Positions 27,297 to 32,000 of a DNA stretch of 32,000 nt are shown piece after piece; the first letter of the stretch is position 1, and each line of letters begins with the position of its first letter. Origin of the DNA: Nonlabens ponticola (lineage in GTDB: Bacteria > Bacteroidota > Bacteroidia > Flavobacteriales > Flavobacteriaceae); contig NZ_CP034549.1 in the NCBI RefSeq assembly GCF_003966335.1, forward strand, positions 2,130,001 to 2,162,000, read 5' to 3'. Position numbers and translations under genes: made by a program. Under the pieces are notes generated by a model. The model did not search any database, was not told where the DNA came from, and was given only the letters and a program-made list of their open reading frames with translations.

Positions 27297-28379
27297 TTAC
27301 AACCTACTATACACGCCATTCTCGACAACGACAATGAACGCTGTTTTATAACCTTTCTTTATGGCTTTTGCCCTCAAGTCATTTGCCTTTTCTAGTGAGT
27401 CAAATGAACCACTGTAATAACGATATATATTACCTGATTTAACCCGACTAATTTCAGGTAACTTATTGAAGTTGTATGATTTTGCCGCAATAGCTTTACT
27501 TCCAGCTGCTATTTGAACTTTATAAATAGCATCATTGCTCACTGGATCAACGGCAACGCCACTTGTGTTTCCATCACTTACCGTGGATAAATTTACATCT
27601 CTGGTTTCCCTATACTTTAGGATACCATCATAAATACTCTTAACCACAGCGTCGTGTCCTTTTTTACTAGTCAAGTAGTCACGCTCGCTAGGGTTTGATA
27701 AAAAGCCTATTTCTATTAAGACACTAGGCATGTATGATTTGAGCAGCACTACAAACCAGTTTTGTTTTACACCACGATTGACTCGCTTTACATTTTGAGC
27801 AAAATTGCCTTGGATCATGGCAGCCAGTTCAATACTATCTTCCATAAACTGTTCTTGAGTTAACAAGCTTGTCACATATGCTGATGGATCATTAGGATCA
27901 TAACCCTTATAGTTCTCCTCATAATTTTCTTCTAGTAGGATTACATTGTTCTCGCGCATCACCACATCAAGGTTGTCCTTACTTTTAGTTAGTCCTAGAA
28001 CCCACGTCTCATTACCATTTGCTTGACTCTTATGAAAACTGTTACAATGAATGGATACAAAAAGATCTGCTTTTGCCTTATTGGCGATATCCGCACGTTT
28101 ATTAAGTGGTATGAAAACATCAGTCTTGCGGGTATAAATCACCTCAAAACCACCATGAGCTTCCAGCTTTTTCCCTACTGCTAGTACTGCCTTGAGTGCG
28201 ACATTTTTCTCATAAACACCATGATGTGAGTTACCGCCATCATCGCCGCCGTGTCCGGCATCAAGGACCACAACAAACTTTGCCATACCATCCGGTGGAT
28301 TGAGATTAGAATCAACAGCTGCAGCAGTCGATGCCATTGCGGTGATAAAGGCAATAAAGAAAAATATGTTCGTTCTCAT
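27297..28379 (-). CDS. N-acetylmuramoyl-L-alanine amidase (Amidase_3) with C-terminal SPOR domain
   Basis: VVVLDAGHGGDDGG and FVSIHCNSF zinc-ligand motifs. C-terminal SPOR-like YKVQIAAGSK...YRYYSGSF...KGYKTAFIV. The start is ATG 28379 (MRTNIFFF signal peptide) or ATG 28394. The track's TTG at 28442 is unlikely. Confidence 0.88.
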   Translation of the reverse strand: MRTNIFFFIAFITAMASTAAAVDSNLNPPDGMAKFVVVLDAGHGGDDGGNSHHGVYEKNVALKAVLAVGKKLEAHGGFEVIYTRKTDVFIPLNKRADIANKAKADLFVSIHCNSFHKSQANGNETWVLGLTKSKDNLDVVMRENNVILLEENYEENYKGYDPNDPSAYVTSLLTQEQFMEDSIELAAMIQGNFAQNVKRVNRGVKQNWFVVLLKSYMPSVLIEIGFLSNPSERDYLTSKKGHDAVVKSIYDGILKYRETRDVNLSTVSDGNTSGVAVDPVSNDAIYKVQIAAGSKAIAAKSYNFNKLPEISRVKSGNIYRYYSGSFDSLEKANDLRAKAIKKGYKTAFIVVVENGVYSRL

Positions 28380-28417
28380 AGGGACTATAAACATTGTGAG
28401 TGGTTTGTTTTTATTAT

Positions 28418-28431
28418 GCTTTCGCGAAAGC
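28418..28431. repeat. Iterated palindrome GCTTTCGCGAAAGC, exact copy (intergenic)
   Basis: Exact 14-mer in the divergent amidase / LptD-like intergenic region. The right flank is GTAATTACC. Confidence 0.95.
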
Positions 28432-28463
28432 GTAATTACCAAAAATCACTTTGAAATTATATG

Positions 28464-28471
28464 TAGTTTTG
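28464..28471 (+). promoter_or_regulatory. Candidate -7 promoter box (TAnnTTTG) for the LptD-like gene
   Basis: TAGTTTTG is an exact consensus match, 50 nt upstream of the TTG start at 28522. Confidence 0.35.
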
Positions 28472-28521
28472 ACAATTCAAAAACCAGACCATTTCCATTA
28501 ACGAATATACCCTAGTATAGA

Positions 28522-31233
28522 TTGCATTCCATTTACAGGCATATAATTTTATTCATAGTCTTTTTAACAGGAAGTGCGGTAATGGTGGCTCAAGACGTGC
28601 CTAATTCTGGTAAAGAAATTGAACCAGTTAGAGAGATTGAGCCTGGTGAAGAAGTAATACCCAAACCACCTATAATTGAGAGTGATAGCATTGAAAATGA
28701 TAGTCTCAAGAACCCCAATTATCTAGAATACAAACTAGAAACACAGGCCGCAAATTATAGACGCCTAGATCGACGCAATAATACCATCACGCTGTATGAT
28801 CAAGCAGTGATCATATACGGTGATATCAAATTAGAAGCTGGTAAAATTATCGTGAATAATAATACTGGTGATGTGTTTGCCTATGGTATTGTTGACGACA
28901 GTACAGGGGCTTATGTGCAAACGCCTGTTTTTACCCAAGGTGCCAACGTGGTCAAACCTGACAGTATTGTTTTCAATAAAAACTCTCAAAAGGCGCTTAC
29001 CTACAATAGTCGCACAGCCCAAGGCGAGTTCAATGTAGTTGCAGAAGTCACTAAAAAAGTAAATGATTCCGTTTTCTTTATGCGTAATGCGAGATTCACT
29101 ACCTCAAAAAACCCAGAAAATCCTGAGTATTATTTCCTGGCGCGCAAGATCAAGTTTGTACCTAAAAAGAAAATCGTCACGGGTCTTGTCAACATGTACA
29201 TTGCTGATGTCCCAACACCAATTGGTTTACCATTTGCCTTTTTCCCGATGACAAGCGAGCGTCGCAGCGGTATTATACTGCCCTCATTTGGTAATAATAA
29301 TAGTCAAGGCTATTTCTTGCAAAATGGTGGATACTATTTTGCCGTTAGCGATTACTTTGACCTTACGGTTCTAGGTGATTATTTCACAAATGGTAGTTAT
29401 GGCGCGCGTGTAGAGAGTGATTATAAGGTGCGCTACAAGTTCAACGGTAGCTTGAGATTCCTGTATGAAAACCAACTTAGAAGTGAGCGTGGTTTTTCTG
29501 ACTTTAATCAAACTAGTAGATATAATATCAACTGGGTTCACAATCAAGATCCTAATAGCAATCCCAATTCTAGATTTAGTGCTAGTGTGAACTTAGGTAG
29601 CTCTACTTTTTTCCAAAATAGTTTTAACCAGACAAATCAAAGTGCTTCATTGGTTAATACGCTGGCCAGTTCCATTTCTTATTCTAAAACCTTTCCTGGA
29701 GAACCACAGATTAATCTTAACACCGCAGTCTCGGTGAATCAAAGTACCCGTGATAATCTGGTAAACCTAACCCTACCGACTTTTCAAGGAAGTGTCTCCA
29801 GAGTATTCCCATTTGCACCTAAACAAGGTTCTAAAAGTGGCATTATCGAGAACATCAACCTGCAATACAACGTACGTGCAGAAAACCGAGTTACCACAAC
29901 TGACGACCGCATCTTTAGCTCAGACGTAGTTGAAAACGGCCGCATGGGCGTGGAACATAGCATACCTATATCCACTAACTTTAAGGTAGCCAAATTCTTC
30001 TCAATAAGCGCCAACGCCAGCCTTGAAGAAAACTGGGTGTTTGAAACCATTGATCAAACGCTGTTTTTAAATGAAGACAATAGGATCGAGACCAGACGAG
30101 ACACGATAAGTGGTTTTGATCGCTACCTTACTTATAGGTATGGTGCCAATATAGGTACCACGATCTATGGTAATTTCTCCTCATCAAATCCTGATGCAAA
30201 ATTTGCCGCAGTACGACACGTCATACGTCCTAATATAAGCTACAGTGCCAACCCTAGTTTTGATCAATTTTATGAGCAATTGCTTGATGAGCAAGGATTA
30301 GACATCAGTGAAGAAGAAAGATTTTTCTCGAGATTTGAAGGAACATTAGCTGGCGCACCTAGCCAAAATTTCTCTAGCAGCATAGGTTTCTCAATACAAA
30401 ATACTCTAGAAGCCAAAGTACGTGACAAGGACGACCCAGATGCAGACTTGAGGTTAGTAAAATTGATTAAAAGTTTGAATTTAAATACTGGCTACAATCT
30501 TGCGGGTGATTCTCTCAATATCAATCCGGTAAGAATAAGTGGTGTGATCCCATTGACTAAAAAGGTGGATTTAAACATGGATGCTAATCTAGATCCATAT
30601 GCTCTTGACAACAACAATCAGCGTGTGGATGAATTCAATATTGATAACGGCGGTAGCCTATTTAGATTGACAAGAGCTGGCGCGCGAGTCAATTTTAAAT
30701 TAAGTAACAAAGACTTTGAAAAAAATACGGAGGAAGAAGAAGGTGAAGAATTGAACCGTGCAGACAATACCACATTACGCAATGGTGGTCGTGAGGATGA
30801 TCTCTTTGGCAAACCTATCGATCCTGCTGACGGTGTTTATTATGAGGATGAAGAACCTGTAGAAGAAAACGTCGATATCGACAAGAGCCGCTATAGATTT
30901 AAGATCCCATGGTCACTCAATGTCGCCTACACAATGACGTACAACAATGCTCAACGTCAAAATGAGATCAATCGTCAAAGTCTCATGGTAAGCGGTGATC
31001 TAGAACTATCACCGCGCTGGAGTATAGGTGGTAACACTGGTTATGATTTTGCCAATAAAGGAATCTCGTTTACCACATTGAGATTTCAGCGCGATCTAGA
31101 GAGCTTCCGTATGAGTTTTAATTGGAATCCTATAGGAGATCGACGCAGCTGGTTCTTCTTTATAGGAATAAAGGCTGGTGCTTTAAGCGATATAAAGTAC
31201 GACCAGCGACAGCAGCCTGACCCAAGGTTCTAG
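28522..31233 (+). CDS. lptD: Large outer membrane protein, Bacteroidota LptD-like (LPS assembly)
   Basis: 903 aa. Signal peptide, an OstA-like N-terminal beta-jellyroll-type segment (ITLYDQAVIIYGDIKLEAGKIIVNNNTGDVFAYG), and a long beta-strand-rich body. The only in-frame start before the signal peptide is TTG 28522. The family call is from memory of flavobacterial synteny (divergent amidase) and is moderately secure. Confidence 0.7.
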   Translation: MHSIYRHIILFIVFLTGSAVMVAQDVPNSGKEIEPVREIEPGEEVIPKPPIIESDSIENDSLKNPNYLEYKLETQAANYRRLDRRNNTITLYDQAVIIYGDIKLEAGKIIVNNNTGDVFAYGIVDDSTGAYVQTPVFTQGANVVKPDSIVFNKNSQKALTYNSRTAQGEFNVVAEVTKKVNDSVFFMRNARFTTSKNPENPEYYFLARKIKFVPKKKIVTGLVNMYIADVPTPIGLPFAFFPMTSERRSGIILPSFGNNNSQGYFLQNGGYYFAVSDYFDLTVLGDYFTNGSYGARVESDYKVRYKFNGSLRFLYENQLRSERGFSDFNQTSRYNINWVHNQDPNSNPNSRFSASVNLGSSTFFQNSFNQTNQSASLVNTLASSISYSKTFPGEPQINLNTAVSVNQSTRDNLVNLTLPTFQGSVSRVFPFAPKQGSKSGIIENINLQYNVRAENRVTTTDDRIFSSDVVENGRMGVEHSIPISTNFKVAKFFSISANASLEENWVFETIDQTLFLNEDNRIETRRDTISGFDRYLTYRYGANIGTTIYGNFSSSNPDAKFAAVRHVIRPNISYSANPSFDQFYEQLLDEQGLDISEEERFFSRFEGTLAGAPSQNFSSSIGFSIQNTLEAKVRDKDDPDADLRLVKLIKSLNLNTGYNLAGDSLNINPVRISGVIPLTKKVDLNMDANLDPYALDNNNQRVDEFNIDNGGSLFRLTRAGARVNFKLSNKDFEKNTEEEEGEELNRADNTTLRNGGREDDLFGKPIDPADGVYYEDEEPVEENVDIDKSRYRFKIPWSLNVAYTMTYNNAQRQNEINRQSLMVSGDLELSPRWSIGGNTGYDFANKGISFTTLRFQRDLESFRMSFNWNPIGDRRSWFFFIGIKAGALSDIKYDQRQQPDPRF

Positions 31234-31254
31234 ACGATACACTCAAATTTTCAC

Positions 31255-32000
31255 TTAGTTAAGAACAGGTGTCTCCTTTAAAATCTCCTTCAAGAATTTC
31301 CAGAATTTTTGAACTGATTTGATTTCTACAAATTCGTCTGGACTGTGTGCTCGTCTTATATTAGGGCCAAAGGAGATCATGTCTAAACCTGGATAACGCT
31401 CGCCCAGAATGCCACACTCCAATCCTGCGTGACAAGCCACTACCCTAGGCTTTTCTTGAAACAGGATTTTGTATTGAGCCTCGGCAATTTTGAGCATCTC
31501 GCTGTTCAAATTTGGCTGCCAGCCTGGATAATCACCAGTAAATTCGACGTCAAGACCATTGAGACGCATCACACCGGCGATGGTTCCTTTTAGATCATCT
31601 TTCTGGCTCTCGACTGATGATCGAGATAGACAGGCAACTTCTAAAGCACCATCTTCCAAAACGACTCTTGCAAGATTATTACTGGATTGCACCAAGTCAT
31701 CAAAATCGGGACTCCAGCGGTAAACACCATTGACTATTCCCAACAGCATGTAAATAAGGTTTGCGGTATCAATTTCGCTTAAGGCCTTATGACTTTCGGT
31801 ACTTTCAATCTCGATAGACATGTTAGGTTCCAGACTTTCATATTCAGCAAGAATTGCAGTTTTACACCTTTTAAATGCATCAATGATTTTTTTGTTCTCG
31901 CTTTCGCGAAAGCTAACCACGCTAACTGCTTCTCTAGGTATAGCATTTCTCAAACCACCGCCATTAAATTCCTGCAAGTGGATTTTACCATTGTTGCGCA
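31255..32000 (-). CDS. pepD: Aminoacyl-histidine (Xaa-His) dipeptidase, 5' end outside the window
   Basis: The frame stays open to the window edge. FNGGGLRNAIPREA and the C-terminal GPNIRRAHSPDEFVEIKSVQKFWKFLKEILKE parallel E. coli PepD. Confidence 0.9.
   Translation of the reverse strand, partial: RNNGKIHLQEFNGGGLRNAIPREAVSVVSFRESENKKIIDAFKRCKTAILAEYESLEPNMSIEIESTESHKALSEIDTANLIYMLLGIVNGVYRWSPDFDDLVQSSNNLARVVLEDGALEVACLSRSSVESQKDDLKGTIAGVMRLNGLDVEFTGDYPGWQPNLNSEMLKIAEAQYKILFQEKPRVVACHAGLECGILGERYPGLDMISFGPNIRRAHSPDEFVEIKSVQKFWKFLKEILKETPVLN
31900..31913. repeat. Iterated palindrome GCTTTCGCGAAAGC, exact copy (inside pepD)
   Basis: Exact 14-mer, read in a different frame (SFRES in VVSFRESENKK). 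Confidence 0.95.

Noticed and set aside
1671-28442. N-terminal extensions implied by the ORF track at 1671, 12139, 13752, 17618, 22706, 24952 and 28442
   Set aside because: Several begin at TTG (1671, 17618, 22706, 28442), and the extensions add non-signal-like residues ahead of a clean ATG plus a signal peptide or conserved N-terminus. The downstream ATG starts were adopted. These remain predictions.
3452-31913. Palindrome as a parS, Noc (NBS) or SlmA-type site, because TTTC..GAAA arms resemble parS (TGTTTCACGTGAAACA) and NBS (ATTTCCCGGGAAAT)
   Set aside because: The geometry differs: 2 bp lie between the TTTC and GAAA arms here, versus 4 bp in parS and NBS. The density of about 1 per 3.5 kb is far above that of known parS or NBS sets. 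This is kept only as a loose analogy, not a call.
3452-31913. Palindrome copies as rho-independent terminators or REP/MITE elements
   Set aside because: No copy is followed by a T tract in the direction of any transcript, and five copies lie inside CDSs. There are no target-site duplications or longer shared bodies. The true terminators in the window (631-663, 5685-5726, 6507-6531, 18151-18178) have unrelated sequences.
1-32000. Search for tRNA/rRNA/ncRNA genes, transposases, integrases, prophage or defence-system genes
   Set aside because: The intergenic regions are short (at most about 220 bp) and show no cloverleaf-like or rRNA-like sequence I could recognise. Every large ORF has a housekeeping or envelope assignment. 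A covariance-model scan (Rfam, tRNAscan) would be needed to exclude small RNAs.

Overview
This window looks like a core chromosomal segment of a Flavobacteriaceae-type (Bacteroidota) genome. That placement is an inference from gene content (bshA, Bacteroidota-style LptD-like protein, CarboxypepD_reg-type TonB receptor, many lipoproteins) and from TAnnTTTG -7-type promoter boxes. I could support about 28 protein genes. They are mostly housekeeping or cell-envelope genes: nth (5' partial), an ECF-like sigma factor, uvrA, corA, an alpha-oxoamine-synthase-family enzyme, a CBS-like PLP enzyme, ptrB, ybaB, ltaE, prfB, a TonB-dependent receptor, and a small OMP. A roughly 10 kb co-directional minus-strand block holds an amidase, MlaD, a split Hdr/DsrMK-like Fe-S module, a HAD phosphatase, a GH3/beta-lactamase fusion, bshA and a PrcB-like lipoprotein. 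It is followed by an LptD-like gene and pepD (5' partial). I found no rRNA, tRNA, CRISPR array, transposase, integrase or phage genes. The feature the genes do not explain is a 14-bp perfect palindrome, GCTTTCGCGAAAGC. It occurs 8 times exactly, plus once with one mismatch, inside genes and between them, at an unusually even spacing of 1.8-4.9 kb. It behaves like a highly iterated palindrome or uptake-signal-type genome motif, not like a mobile element or a terminator. Secondary observations are listed below.
- A perfect 8-bp x ~13 tandem repeat starts at the ybaB stop codon.
- A capA/capB-like (sulfonolipid) gene pair is split by an AT-rich two-gene islet.
- A membrane Hdr/DsrMK-like redox module has no known function.
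- The Nth homologue has no Fe-S cluster cysteines.
- An unlisted 48-codon ORF lies downstream of the sigma factor.
All functional calls come from motif recognition by eye. No database search was possible.
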